Below are positions 26,095 to 36,474 of a stretch of 50,678 nt of DNA, piece by piece. The position numbers and the translations under genes were made by a program. The stretch lies in the IMG/VR virus record IMGVR_UViG_3300017766_003084, positions 1 to 50,678 of that record; one strand, 5' to 3'. Within the stretch, counting starts at the first letter, position 1. Every line of letters begins with the position of its first letter. Source of the DNA: a virus (lineage: Duplodnaviria > Caudoviricetes). Below the pieces are notes generated by a model. It did no database searches. It saw only the letters and a list, made by a program, of their open reading frames with translations, and had not been told where the DNA came from.

Positions 26095-27194
26095 GGCCCA
26101 CCTACTCCTGTGCCTGCTCCCGGTGATGTTCCTGTTCCGGGTGCTGTTCCTGTTCCAGCAATTTGACGCTGACCTTCTTTGTAACCTGTGGCGTACCCAG
26201 ACTTGTAGCCTTGATAGAATCCTTCCTCGTAGTCAGACCACATGAAGGTTCCTGTGCCGGTTCCTGTTCCCGTGTTTTCTCCGTAGGTTCCAGTGCCCGG
26301 TGCGAGATACGTTCCGGTTCCAAACTGCTGATAGATACCTGTGCCTGATGCTGTTCCAGTAGAGCCTGCGAAGATCACTCGATCATCATATGGAGCATTG
26401 GCGTATCCGTCGATAAATCCGTTGTCTAATCCATAACTGAATCCTGTTGAGATGCCGTCGTTAAATTCTGGAACAGGAACAGTACCATCAACGCATAGTT
26501 TCAGAGTAGGCTTACCTGTTGAAGGAAACGTCAGCGTAATTTCACCGTCCATCGTTGTCTGAAGTGTCGCACTGGTCCCGTCGTTGTAGTACGCCACCAA
26601 AAGATCGCCGATGTCCAATCGCCACTTGTTTTGATTGCTGTCCCATACCAGCAGATAGTTTCCGGCAGGCAGACATATCTTTCCGTTTGTTTGCTTGAAG
26701 CATAGCTGAGGAAAAGAGACACGCATTGTTCGCATTGTCTCTACGCCGTTGACTGTCAGGTTTCCTTCTTCTTCACAGTCACAGCCGCACTCGTCTCCTG
26801 CATTGTTCTGCCCGCCACCTGAATGCAATGGAGCGTACTCAGACCCCATGTCCTGTACCCAGATGTAGTCATTTATGCTGGCACTGAATGACGTACTTCT
26901 GTTGGTGACTTGGATCTTATTCTCTGCAACATCTTCTGCCGGTTCCATGTTCAGCGACTCGGGATCTACAGGTTGTTCATAACGAACAACAAGACCCATC
27001 GCTTGCGTGTATCCAGTCTCCGGATCAGTCGCAGCAGGAAGTGCAGCAAGCATCTTCACGTAGTAGTTCAGCTTGCGAGTCGTGTATTTACGCTGCACGT
27101 TCAGGTCCGGCTGGACAGACGATCTGCCCAGTACAGCCTGATGAATTCGTGCAGCATCTTCAGGAGTGAATACCCCGATACGACTCTTGCTCAT
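26091..27194 (-). CDS. Putative tail protein with C-terminal Gly-Thr repeats
   Basis: Second gene after the tape measure. Repeated GTGT and GYxxG units. Confidence 0.65.
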   Translation of the reverse strand: MSKSRIGVFTPEDAARIHQAVLGRSSVQPDLNVQRKYTTRKLNYYVKMLAALPAATDPETGYTQAMGLVVRYEQPVDPESLNMEPAEDVAENKIQVTNRSTSFSASINDYIWVQDMGSEYAPLHSGGGQNNAGDECGCDCEEEGNLTVNGVETMRTMRVSFPQLCFKQTNGKICLPAGNYLLVWDSNQNKWRLDIGDLLVAYYNDGTSATLQTTMDGEITLTFPSTGKPTLKLCVDGTVPVPEFNDGISTGFSYGLDNGFIDGYANAPYDDRVIFAGSTGTASGTGIYQQFGTGTYLAPGTGTYGENTGTGTGTGTFMWSDYEEGFYQGYKSGYATGYKEGQRQIAGTGTAPGTGTSPGAGTGVGGP

Positions 27195-28276
27195 GGTATT
27201 ATCAGTCCGTGTGTGTTTGCAAAACTGTTTAAGTCTGCTTCTCGCGGGTACAGAGGGTCAATCCATGCAAACTCTGTAAGAGGGTTTGCAGTATTCACAC
27301 TGCCGTAAGGATACCCGAGTCCTGCAGCATTGAGAGGCCACGGTTCCATTGCCACGTCTCCACGACCGTTGATCAGGATGGGGAGGTAAGTGTAGATCGG
27401 TGCGAGTATCGTACCTATGTTTACCAATTGAAGGGTGTGCATCGAAACACGACGATGTGCTTCGCGGAAGTAACCGTGACTCGCGATTGTACGCCTGTCG
27501 ATAACAATTGTTGCTGTCAGCGTAACGAAGTGGTGTACTGCGGTTGCCCCTGTTGTGTCCTGACCGTCCGGAAGTGCTAGTGTGACTTCCCTGTAATTTT
27601 CTGTGGCAGTAATAGATTCGCAGAGAGCGTGCTTGGCCGTTGCAAACTTCCAGTTGTTGACTTGTGAACTGTTAATCATTCCAATTAGATTACTGTAGTT
27701 GATGTAGTTGAATGTGTTGTAAGGAACGTTCCATGTGAAGGTGTGAACCTCCAGATCGAGAGGTACCTGAATACCTTCCAGAATAGGAAGTCCGTTTGCG
27801 TGCTTCAAGGCGTTACCGCTTGCGTCCTGAAACACTGTGGCCGTAACAGTTCGCGTAGATGAACTCCACGTTGGCGGTTCACTCCACGGATACTTGATGA
27901 TGTTTCCGCCACTGAACTTCTTTCCTCTGCCGACATTACCCCTTCCCTGATCTTCTCCAGGGTAAAGTTCCCGAAGCCACTGACCTGTTTCGTAGGTAAC
28001 GCTTACGAGCCACCACGGGCGACCAGACTCGTGCTCTCGAACACCGTTAGCTTCCTTGAGAAGTAGATCTGGTCTGCCGGGGTAATGACTCAGACCGATC
28101 GTGAAGGTAGGCTCAGACTGCTGGCCGAATGACGGTAGATAAAACTGGACATCGTTCGCTGTCTCCAGCGGATTGTCCATCTTTACCAACCAATCACAAG
28201 TGAGAGTATTGACGCCCCATGAGGCTGTCATGTTCTCACTTGGGAGTAGGATACCCTGAATGGATTCCAAAGGCAT
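27191..28276 (-). CDS. Putative distal tail / hub protein
   Basis: Directly after the tape measure gene, beta-rich. Confidence 0.6.
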   Translation of the reverse strand: MPLESIQGILLPSENMTASWGVNTLTCDWLVKMDNPLETANDVQFYLPSFGQQSEPTFTIGLSHYPGRPDLLLKEANGVREHESGRPWWLVSVTYETGQWLRELYPGEDQGRGNVGRGKKFSGGNIIKYPWSEPPTWSSSTRTVTATVFQDASGNALKHANGLPILEGIQVPLDLEVHTFTWNVPYNTFNYINYSNLIGMINSSQVNNWKFATAKHALCESITATENYREVTLALPDGQDTTGATAVHHFVTLTATIVIDRRTIASHGYFREAHRRVSMHTLQLVNIGTILAPIYTYLPILINGRGDVAMEPWPLNAAGLGYPYGSVNTANPLTEFAWIDPLYPREADLNSFANTHGLIIP

Positions 28277-28286
28277 TATTCAATCC

Positions 28287-30713
28287 TCACGGAATTACGT
28301 TCACAATGACACCGCCGTTTTTAATGGCAGTGGAAATATCAGCAAGGTGACGGACCATCGCTTCCTGCTTTGTGTCAGTCTTTCGTGTTGCTGCTTCCAT
28401 AACTTGTTTCATCGCATCTGCCTGAGCCTGAAACGCATTCTCTTCCATTTTACCAGCAACAGGTGGTTGTTGAACAGCGTCCAGCATTTCTTTCTGCAGT
28501 CGTGCTTGTTCTGCAAGAAGAAACTGTAATCCGAGTTGATCTGCTTGCTGTTGCATAGCAGCATTGGCCGCTGCTCCTGCAATTCCTGCGAACCCGCCAC
28601 CTATCTGAGTCAGTTGCGGATCGAAACCTACGAATTCCTGCTGACGTTGACGAAGATCGTACATCTTCTTCTGTTCTTCGGTCATTTTCATCATCAGCAA
28701 CAACTGTTCGCGTTTTGCTTCCAGCCTGTCTTGCTCTGCTTTGAGTTCTCCTGCTTTGTTGCGTTCTTCCAAAGCCGCAGCATCTTGTTCTTCTTGCTTC
28801 AGTTGTTTATGTCTTTCGACCAACTGCAGCATTTGTTCTTCTGCTTGAAGTTGCTTTATTTGGGCCTCAGACAAATCATTGTTTGTATTGGCGAGCGTCT
28901 CTCTGATTTCTCGAAGTCTTTCACTGGACTCACCAGCAAAAACATATCCGGTTTGGAATATCTCTTCCAAAGAATTTAGAGCAGTGATATCGCTGAGCCA
29001 TTCAGTTCCGTTTGCTAATGCACCTGAATTTAGTAACTCAAACAGAGATCTCAGTTCATTGATTACGGTTTCTGACCGGCCTTCACGGGCTGCTTCTCTG
29101 GCTCTTGCCAATGACCTCTCTATTTCTGCAGCAGCTTCTTTTTCCGCTTGGCTACCGACTCTTCTGGTGTAGAAAATTCTCTGCTCCAAGTCAGCAATTG
29201 CTTCGGCACCGCCCATAGCATTGCGAATGACTTCCTCTCCAACTATTGCTCCTTGTCTGCGGATATTTTCGATTTCTTTCTCTACTTCAAGTCGTCTGTT
29301 GGTGACGTTCTCCATTTCCGATTCTACTTGAGCAGTAGACTCCATGCCTGAGAGTCTCTGGTCAAATAGTCTTTGAGATGACTGTGCCGCTGCGGCTCTA
29401 CCAAAAGATTCCAGTCCGAACGTAGCATCTCTTATCGCGTCAGCAAGCGTTCTTGCATCGCGGGCTGCTCCGTTCAACCATCTTTCAACTTGAACTCCAG
29501 CGAGTATACCTGCAGGAATCGCAAGCAGTGCAGCGTTTAGGGTTGTAAACACAGAACTCAAGGTGCCAGCTTCTGCACCCATTGCAAATAAGCCGCGAGC
29601 AACTTGGGTTAAGTTGTTCGATGCACCAAGCAGAGCGTTTCTGAAGTCTCCAAACGCTACACCCTGTATAAAATCTTCTGTGGCAAAAGAAAGTTGAGTC
29701 ATTACCCCGGTCAGTTCGGAGTATGACTTTTGAGACTGATGAACAGTGCTTTGCGTTTCTTTCAAAGACTGAGCAAGTCTTTTCTCTGCTTGCTGCTGAC
29801 GAATAGTTTCCTGTATCAAAGCAGTTTTGAGTCTCTTGTACTCACTGTTGGTAAGAAACGACCTACCCGTCTCCTGATTGTTGTGAGTCAACAGCCAGTT
29901 CAGACGTGACATTTCGTCGTTGTACCGCTGCGTTGCGTTTCTCGATGCAAGAAGGTTTCGTTCGTATGTTTCAAGCAGGCTATTTGCTTCAGACTGATAC
30001 TTTCTGTTTTGCATCAATCTGTTTGTTTTTACCTGCTCTGCACGTGCAATTTCTTCTTCTTTCTTCTGGCGTCTTTTCGCCCGATCTTCTTCGTACTGAT
30101 CTGTGTATATTTGAGATGCACTTGCTGAAGGACCAGAAGGAAAGTTTGACGGGCCGATTCCAACTGCTTTGAATGCCTCATTTCTTAACCGGGCTATTTG
30201 AAGTTCACGAGACAGAGCGTTTTCTTCGAGACGAATTCTTTCGTTCAACGACTCTATGTAGCGTGCTCGTCTTTCTCTTCTTTCCCTCTGAATCTCATTG
30301 TACGTGTTGTCTCTCAGAAGTTTTTCGGCAATATCTTGCCGAACCATTTCTGCGTAGATTTCTTCGTTTGATTTTTTTATCAGATAAACTCGAAACGCTT
30401 CAGCTTCTTCTTGTGCTTTTCTTTCTTTCAGACGAAGCATTTGCCGATCGTTGTAATCGTTATCTCTGAGTTGTTGAGCAGCATCATTAGACTTCTTTTG
30501 TTGTTCGATCTGCTCTCTGCCAGCCTCAGACATTCCAGCAGTAATACGATTACGCTGTGCTTGTTCAGCACCAGAAGGGCCGCCGATGTTAGTCATCGCG
30601 GCGGTTTCTTTTGCCCACTTCTTCGTATAAGCAGACATGCCAGACATTTTGGAAACCATGTCTGACATGTCTGCTATGAACTGAACGCCGATCTTGCTCA
30701 GGCTCTGTGTCAT
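28287..30713 (-). CDS. Tail tape measure protein
   Basis: 808 aa, helical and A/E/Q/R-rich, central hydrophobic segment, follows the chaperone pair. Confidence 0.85.
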   Translation of the reverse strand: MTQSLSKIGVQFIADMSDMVSKMSGMSAYTKKWAKETAAMTNIGGPSGAEQAQRNRITAGMSEAGREQIEQQKKSNDAAQQLRDNDYNDRQMLRLKERKAQEEAEAFRVYLIKKSNEEIYAEMVRQDIAEKLLRDNTYNEIQRERRERRARYIESLNERIRLEENALSRELQIARLRNEAFKAVGIGPSNFPSGPSASASQIYTDQYEEDRAKRRQKKEEEIARAEQVKTNRLMQNRKYQSEANSLLETYERNLLASRNATQRYNDEMSRLNWLLTHNNQETGRSFLTNSEYKRLKTALIQETIRQQQAEKRLAQSLKETQSTVHQSQKSYSELTGVMTQLSFATEDFIQGVAFGDFRNALLGASNNLTQVARGLFAMGAEAGTLSSVFTTLNAALLAIPAGILAGVQVERWLNGAARDARTLADAIRDATFGLESFGRAAAAQSSQRLFDQRLSGMESTAQVESEMENVTNRRLEVEKEIENIRRQGAIVGEEVIRNAMGGAEAIADLEQRIFYTRRVGSQAEKEAAAEIERSLARAREAAREGRSETVINELRSLFELLNSGALANGTEWLSDITALNSLEEIFQTGYVFAGESSERLREIRETLANTNNDLSEAQIKQLQAEEQMLQLVERHKQLKQEEQDAAALEERNKAGELKAEQDRLEAKREQLLLMMKMTEEQKKMYDLRQRQQEFVGFDPQLTQIGGGFAGIAGAAANAAMQQQADQLGLQFLLAEQARLQKEMLDAVQQPPVAGKMEENAFQAQADAMKQVMEAATRKTDTKQEAMVRHLADISTAIKNGGVIVNVIP

Positions 30714-31054
30714 TTTCTATTCATTCCTGAGATAGCATTAACTACAGCCATAAACCCACTCCGGATTACCGCAGTGGGTTTGATAGCCAGCTTGACGATT
30801 TGATACGTGAACTGATTCTGAGTAGTCCACAGTTTGACGTGGAAAGGCTTCAGGTTTCTACTGCCCTGACTACTCATGCTTTGAGTTACCTGAATAGCCA
30901 GTAGGTCATCCTGCATTCCCCATCTGTAGTTGTCCCAAAACCATTTGTGTTGTCGGAACTCCGAGATAGGCATTTCGCCGATCTCTGCCAGTGACTTACC
31001 CCAACGACTGCAGAGGAACAACATGAACCATCTGTCGTCGTCGGGTGTAATCAG
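30710..31054 (-). CDS. Tail assembly chaperone, -1 frameshift extension (gpGT-like)
   Basis: The -1 frame is open from the slippery site: LITPDDDRWFMLFLCSRWGK... Confidence 0.75.
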   Translation of the reverse strand: MITPDDDRWFMLFLCSRWGKSLAEIGEMPISEFRQHKWFWDNYRWGMQDDLLAIQVTQSMSSQGSRNLKPFHVKLWTTQNQFTYQIVKLAIKPTAVIRSGFMAVVNAISGMNRK

Positions 31055-31482
31055 TTTTTTTCCTGTTCCTCACGGTTGGGCCAGATGTGCAGTCTGATCT
31101 GTTCGTTGATCTCTTCGAACTGAGACGTTGTTACGCTGTCCACGAAGGCGTCACAGAGTTTCTGAAGGTAAGAGTTATCCAGTGCGTCCAGTACCTGACG
31201 TGGCGTGTCGTTCTCCAGCACAGTCACAGGCCACGCTTCAGCAGACTCGCCGTTCAACGAGTTGACGTACTGAGCGAGGAATGCGTGACCTTCTGCGTCG
31301 TACAGGCAGATCAGCATACGCAGAACGATGAAGTACCTTGAGTCAGGATTGCCGTCCGACTTCTTCGGGAACTCGTTCAGGCGAGTAATGAAGTCAGTCG
31401 TCAGTCCTGCTGACGGTTCGACCAGTTTGGCATTGAACGTAGGAAGAGGAAAAGACTTCGGACGATTAAAAGAAATGCCCAT
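31051..31482 (-). CDS. Tail assembly chaperone (gpG-like)
   Basis: Lies between the major tail and tape measure genes and ends GAA AAA AAC TGA. Confidence 0.8.
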   Translation of the reverse strand: MGISFNRPKSFPLPTFNAKLVEPSAGLTTDFITRLNEFPKKSDGNPDSRYFIVLRMLICLYDAEGHAFLAQYVNSLNGESAEAWPVTVLENDTPRQVLDALDNSYLQKLCDAFVDSVTTSQFEEINEQIRLHIWPNREEQEKN

Positions 31483-31525
31483 TGTAAAACCTTAGAAAGG
31501 GGGGTGATCGGGGGTGTAATTCAAA

Positions 31526-32038
31526 TCAGGTAGCGACAGTGAAACTGATTCCGCTGAGTTTGTAAACCAGTTCTGCCATCGAGCGAGCACCAGTGCCTTC
31601 GGACAGCACAGTACCCATCGGCGTGAACTTGTTGCAGTACCCAGTCAGATTGATCTTCGGTCCCACAGTTTCACTTGCTTCTGCAGGAAACTCAACGACC
31701 AAAGTACCGCTGCGACCATCCATGAATGCAGCCAGTTCACGACCGCCAGTAGCGTTACCGTTGCAGTCCCAGTCAACGGTGAAAGTAAGAGTACCGAGAT
31801 CGACAATCTTCCCGCTGCGGAAAGTCTTGATCAGGTTCCCCCACGCATCCAGCGTCGTGTTACTGCAGGTTGTATCGACGTCACCACGAGTGAAACCGGA
31901 CCACGTTGGGCCGTCAGTTACACAGGCATAGAAGTCACTCGTTGCATCAACAGGATCAGGTGCAGCACCTGAACCAGTCGGAGCAGTCGTCTGCTCAAAA
32001 AACTTGATCCTGATACGACTCGTATCGCGATTAGCCAT
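31526..32038 (-). CDS. Major tail (tube) protein
   Basis: Position plus DTT...K.F..G..DLGTLTF and a terminal KLSG pattern. Confidence 0.8.
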   Translation of the reverse strand: MANRDTSRIRIKFFEQTTAPTGSGAAPDPVDATSDFYACVTDGPTWSGFTRGDVDTTCSNTTLDAWGNLIKTFRSGKIVDLGTLTFTVDWDCNGNATGGRELAAFMDGRSGTLVVEFPAEASETVGPKINLTGYCNKFTPMGTVLSEGTGARSMAELVYKLSGISFTVAT

Positions 32039-32048
32039 GACTCGCTCC

Positions 32049-32516
32049 TTAGCAAGTAGCTTTACCAACAAAATTGAAAACAAGCATTGTCAGGTCAGGT
32101 GTTCCCTGTCCTGTCTTGAGCAGAGTCTGCTCGTCCGTACTCACCATCCTGAGATTCTGGATGAATACACTTGTCTGCGGCACCTGATACGAAGTCAGGA
32201 ATGTTCTTCGTCCGCTTACCGTTGGCTGCAGGACGTTGAGCACTGATGTTGCTACAGACTTACGTTGAGCATTGTCATGATGAACTATCGCGATGTCAAC
32301 ATTGAAAGAGATACTTTCTCTTCCGTTCGCTTCGGAAAACCCTTCTGAACATAGTGCCGGTTCTATCTCAGAAACGTCAAAGAACACATACCCCTTCGGT
32401 GTGTCCTTGAGATCTTCTGAAGGAACAAATTGTGACTTGTAGCACGGTACTCCAGCAGGACAAGCACCGGAGATCAGCTTCTGCAGCCCTATGTCGATGT
32501 TGTATGGAGCAGGCAT
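32049..32516 (-). CDS. Tail terminator-like protein
   Basis: Synteny and size (155 aa). Confidence 0.6.
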   Translation of the reverse strand: MPAPYNIDIGLQKLISGACPAGVPCYKSQFVPSEDLKDTPKGYVFFDVSEIEPALCSEGFSEANGRESISFNVDIAIVHHDNAQRKSVATSVLNVLQPTVSGRRTFLTSYQVPQTSVFIQNLRMVSTDEQTLLKTGQGTPDLTMLVFNFVGKATC

Positions 32517-33202
32517 TACTTCACCTGAAAATGCTGTTTGAACAATTCACGCATACGCTGCTCGAAGATCTTCACGCACTCTTCCTTGGTTTCAGCGTAG
32601 ACCTTTTCTACGAAGTGGTGACCTGCAAAGGATGCTGGTTTGTTGCTTCCTGCAAACATACCTGACCCTTTTGAGCGAGTAAACCCGTACTCAGACAGGT
32701 GCCAGTATTTCTTCGGCCACCGCTTGTAAGCGTGTGTGACATCTGCCCTTCTTCTTTGGGTGTTCCTGCGAAGCGTTGACCTGACTTCACCGAGCCTGAA
32801 GCGTCTGTTGAATCTTAGTTGCCCTGTGCGTCTGTTGAACCCAGTAAGCGTGCCGAGACTTACCTGACGAAACTTGCCCGGCTGTTTGATTACAGGTGCT
32901 TCGCGTGTGTAGGCTTCGACGTAGTTCTTGTTGACCGACACCAGACCGTACACAACGGCAGCAGTGCCTTTGACACGTTTGATCTTTGTGTCCAGTGCTC
33001 GCATAGACGCACCGGAAGATGTTCGGCTCTTCATGCCGAGCGACATCAGCTTTGACTTCAATGAGTTTCTTGCTGGGAGTATTGCAGATCTTACAGCCTG
33101 ACGAACCATGTGACGCTGTATTTTTTCCGTAAGATCCTTATACCCGTTCAGCATGTCTGGCGGGATATTGAACTTCACGGCTACAAGCGGTTTTCTGGCC
33201 AT
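32516..33202 (-). CDS. HK97 gp10-like neck protein
   Basis: Basic protein with RQAVR...SG...YWHLSEYG...HHF. Confidence 0.7.
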   Translation of the reverse strand: MARKPLVAVKFNIPPDMLNGYKDLTEKIQRHMVRQAVRSAILPARNSLKSKLMSLGMKSRTSSGASMRALDTKIKRVKGTAAVVYGLVSVNKNYVEAYTREAPVIKQPGKFRQVSLGTLTGFNRRTGQLRFNRRFRLGEVRSTLRRNTQRRRADVTHAYKRWPKKYWHLSEYGFTRSKGSGMFAGSNKPASFAGHHFVEKVYAETKEECVKIFEQRMRELFKQHFQVK

Positions 33203-33600
33203 TAGTAGATCGTACTCATTATCTTGGTTGTGATCTCTTGTGCGAGGTTATCCGTAACCCTCACGTGCATCTTCCTGCGGTCGCCCCACGGGTCAGTTGC
33301 GTTACCAGCCAGCACGACAACCTTCTGCAGATCTTTCACCACAGCGAACAAACCTGCAGTCAGTTCTTTGATCTTCGGCGTGTATTGCCCGAGCAGCATG
33401 AATTCCTGTTGCGGCTGAACACGCCCGAGGTCACTTACTTCAGTCGGTGTTTTTGGCAGTTCCATTGCAAACGTACCGGCATAAACCAGTACGTATTCAG
33501 ACTTCAACTCACCTGCACTGTCTGCGACTGATGTAGGCTTCCAGAACTCAACTCGATGACGAAAGTTTGGTCTGCTTCGCCTGTTGTATTTATTAGCCAC
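33202..33600 (-). CDS. Head closure / head-tail adaptor
   Basis: RHRVEFWKP....D..G pattern and synteny. Confidence 0.7.
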   Translation of the reverse strand: MANKYNRRSRPNFRHRVEFWKPTSVADSAGELKSEYVLVYAGTFAMELPKTPTEVSDLGRVQPQQEFMLLGQYTPKIKELTAGLFAVVKDLQKVVVLAGNATDPWGDRRKMHVRVTDNLAQEITTKIMSTIY

Positions 33601-34255
33601 GGCTCACCTTCGTCCAATCTTCTGCGATGTAACGAATTGCCCGCATGTCGTTCAACAGGTTCAGATCTCGCAACTGACAGTAGCCCTGTGGAAGTTCTGA
33701 GACAGAACCATCAGAGATCGCGTCACGATACTCGAACAGATGATATGCGAGGATCATCAACGCTCGGACAGTCGCCTTGGGAACTTCTGAAAGAGAAGAA
33801 TACCCAGTTGTGTACGTGACTGTAATCGGATACGGCAGTTCGTCGTCGATATCAACGAACAGAGCAGTCCAGTCTTTGCAAAACAGCTTGGCCGGTTCAT
33901 ACTCGTAGACTGTGTATCCGGCAGACGAAACACTCGCTGTTGTGCCGTCAGTTTTCTTGTATGTGAACGTCGTCAGTGTGCTCACTTTGCCAAAAGGCAG
34001 GAACACGAGACGGTCTGCAGACATGAAGGCTTCGTAAGGCAACTGGAGAGTAACAGGCTTACGAAGGATGAACCTCCACTGCTCCTTCTCACAGATCGAG
34101 ATGCACTGGTGCATCAATTCAGAAATATCGACAGGAATATCCGTGTCGGCTGTCTCGGTGTCAAAGCCAAGATTCTGTTTGATCTGAGCAATCAGGGTGC
34201 TTGTCACAAGTGTTGAGACAGCATCTTCCTGAGCGAGGTTGACGTACATTGGCAT
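33593..34255 (-). CDS. Head-tail connector (gp6/gp15-like)
   Basis: ITVTYTTGY...VP....ALMILAYHLFEYR. Confidence 0.8.
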   Translation of the reverse strand: MPMYVNLAQEDAVSTLVTSTLIAQIKQNLGFDTETADTDIPVDISELMHQCISICEKEQWRFILRKPVTLQLPYEAFMSADRLVFLPFGKVSTLTTFTYKKTDGTTASVSSAGYTVYEYEPAKLFCKDWTALFVDIDDELPYPITVTYTTGYSSLSEVPKATVRALMILAYHLFEYRDAISDGSVSELPQGYCQLRDLNLLNDMRAIRYIAEDWTKVSRG

Positions 34256-34266
34256 GGAGACACTCC

Positions 34267-34385
34267 AAAACAAACCGCAGCACAGCCACCCCCGTAACCG
34301 TACTGCGGCTGTCCCGCTTTCACGGACTCAATGTAAAAGCAGGAGACGGGTATGCAGAGACCACGAACTGCATACCCGCCCCCGC
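34267..34385 (-). terminator. Two tandem terminator-like hairpins after the capsid and decoration genes
   Basis: GCGGGGGCGGGUAUGCAG/CUGCAUACCCGUCUCCUGC followed by UUUU, then GCCGCAGUACGGUUAC/GUGGCUGUGCUGCGGU followed by UUGUUUU. Confidence 0.7.
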
Positions 34386-34392
34386 CGGGCGA

Positions 34393-34824
34393 TCAGGTCA
34401 AAGTGCCAGTACCTGTTGCTGTCAGGTCTGCTCGACGATGGAGGGGCAGTACCATCGCAGCGGCTTTGACAGTGTTGGTATTGGTGCCGGTAAGCCTGAA
34501 CACCACAGTCTTGAAGTCAACGCCAGCCTGATCTTCTGCAAAGCTGACTTCTTCGCTGTCAACTTCAACAGAGCAGTTCTGAGTGCCGCTGGTGAACACA
34601 TGCGTCTTGATGGTCGTGAAACCAGACGCACCTGTTGCAGACGTGGAACCGACGACTGTGACAGTCAGGTTTCCGGTCAGCACAGCATCGTTGATGACCA
34701 GCATTGCCTTGTCCGGAAGTTCGGTAACGACGTAAGCGTTGCCGATGCTCCCGTTCATCGTCAGAGTCCCAAGTGCCTTGATCAGGTACTTGCTGGACAA
34801 GTGAGAAAACTTCTGAGTAGCCAT
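34393..34824 (-). CDS. Putative capsid decoration / cement protein
   Basis: Small Thr-rich beta protein directly after the major capsid gene. Confidence 0.6.
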   Translation of the reverse strand: MATQKFSHLSSKYLIKALGTLTMNGSIGNAYVVTELPDKAMLVINDAVLTGNLTVTVVGSTSATGASGFTTIKTHVFTSGTQNCSVEVDSEEVSFAEDQAGVDFKTVVFRLTGTNTNTVKAAAMVLPLHRRADLTATGTGTLT

Positions 34825-34913
34825 ATCGAAAACCCCCGTATGGGTTGAATGTGAATCGAACAATCGCGAGCGGAGAGTTCCTGACCTCACTCAGGAACCC
34901 CCCGCTCACAGCA

Positions 34914-36371
34914 TCATGTGGCGGCTGTCTTGCTGAGAACCACGAACGGAGACTGAGTCAGTCCGCCGTTCTTCGGCTGGAAGGTGTCCTTCCACCACGG
35001 GCGAGCATCGTCGTAAGAAGTGAACATGAACACTTCTTCACGCTCAAGGAATCGGACGTGAATCGAGCGAGTCACGTTGCCAGTACCACGTTCACCGAAC
35101 AGCACCTGAGTCGGGTTGACGCAAGCGAGGAAGTTGTCGTTCCATTCGCTGATTACGCTACCGTCCTGACCGCTGGTGATGCCGTTCATGTACTCGGTCC
35201 AGATCACAGGGCGACCAAGCAGTCGATCCGGCAGTCCGCCTTCTGTTCCGGGGTAGAACAGCTTGATCAGACCGGCGTTGTTCGGCGACTCGATGCACAG
35301 CATAAACAGGATGTCGTACAGGTCCAGCGAGCACAACCACACAGCATTGTCATAACCCCAAACACGCTTACGCATCTTCAGGATGTTCATGCCGTTGACA
35401 ATGGCTGACGTAGCCTGACCAACTTCACGAAGCACAGTCAGCAGTGCCGGGTTGTTGGCGTTCAGCATCCCGAGCGGACGACCGATACCGTTGCCATTCA
35501 GCAGTTCGTCAATGCGGTAGGAACGTGCTTCCTGTCGCATCCCAGCGTCGATCAGAGCAGCAATAGAAATGGGGCTGTCGGCCATCAACTGATTGGTTAC
35601 TGCGGCCGCACCATTCAGTTCATGAGCCTTCAGCGTAACCATTTCCATCGCTGTCTTGGTCAACGTCGGAGCAGCAGTTTCCTTACCACGGTAGACTTGG
35701 AAACCGCCAGTAACGCTGTTACGGTGGTCCTTGTCAACACGGCACGGAATGTCAACGACCGGGGCAGTCATCGGAACGCGAGTCAGCAAACCAGACAACT
35801 GATCAGCTTCGGGTTCCAACTGCATCACTTCGGAAATGAAGCCACGAGGGACCATCAGGCCCTGTGCTTCCCAGTTCGCCTTGCTGAACTCGTCAGACCC
35901 AATCGCGTCCATTACCAGTCGGCGGAGTCGTGGATCAGCAACTTCACGGTTGCGGTAAGAGTTGACGACAGCATTCAGGTAGTCCTGCTGGTTGCGGAAA
36001 CCGTACTTGTCCTTGTCGTCCTCCCACGCCGGTCGCGTGTGTACGCTGCCGTTCAGGTTGACAATACCACCAGTCGCCTGACTGATTCGGCTCGCTGCAA
36101 TCAGAGCATCACGACGTTCACGCTGACCTGCAGCAGTATTCATGATCGCATTGGAAACGGTTTCCAACCGATCAACTGCTTCACGGTACTGCTTGGTTTC
36201 GTCGCCAGTGATCTTGTCACCCTTCGCGTCGAAGGTCTCTGTGACAGTAATCAGTCGGGTACGTTCGTCTGCAAGCTGAGTAGCAGACATGTTCAAAACA
36301 TCATTGTTCTTGACAGCCGTATCGTTGTACACGGCAGCAGCAGCAAAAGCCGCAATATGGCAACGTGCCAT
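34914..36371 (-). CDS. Major capsid protein (HK97 fold)
   Basis: N-terminal coiled-coil delta-like domain, G.MVP..F, LLNGNG.GRPLGML, LLGRPVIWTE, SPFVVL. Confidence 0.92.
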   Translation of the reverse strand: MARCHIAAFAAAAVYNDTAVKNNDVLNMSATQLADERTRLITVTETFDAKGDKITGDETKQYREAVDRLETVSNAIMNTAAGQRERRDALIAASRISQATGGIVNLNGSVHTRPAWEDDKDKYGFRNQQDYLNAVVNSYRNREVADPRLRRLVMDAIGSDEFSKANWEAQGLMVPRGFISEVMQLEPEADQLSGLLTRVPMTAPVVDIPCRVDKDHRNSVTGGFQVYRGKETAAPTLTKTAMEMVTLKAHELNGAAAVTNQLMADSPISIAALIDAGMRQEARSYRIDELLNGNGIGRPLGMLNANNPALLTVLREVGQATSAIVNGMNILKMRKRVWGYDNAVWLCSLDLYDILFMLCIESPNNAGLIKLFYPGTEGGLPDRLLGRPVIWTEYMNGITSGQDGSVISEWNDNFLACVNPTQVLFGERGTGNVTRSIHVRFLEREEVFMFTSYDDARPWWKDTFQPKNGGLTQSPFVVLSKTAAT

Positions 36372-36474
36372 TGTAAACTCCTTCGTGTTGATTGGTGAAT
36401 GCGACTGCTGCGTATATGCGTTGCTTTTACAGCGTCGTTATGACGTTACCGAAACTTATCAGAAACGTCAATAA

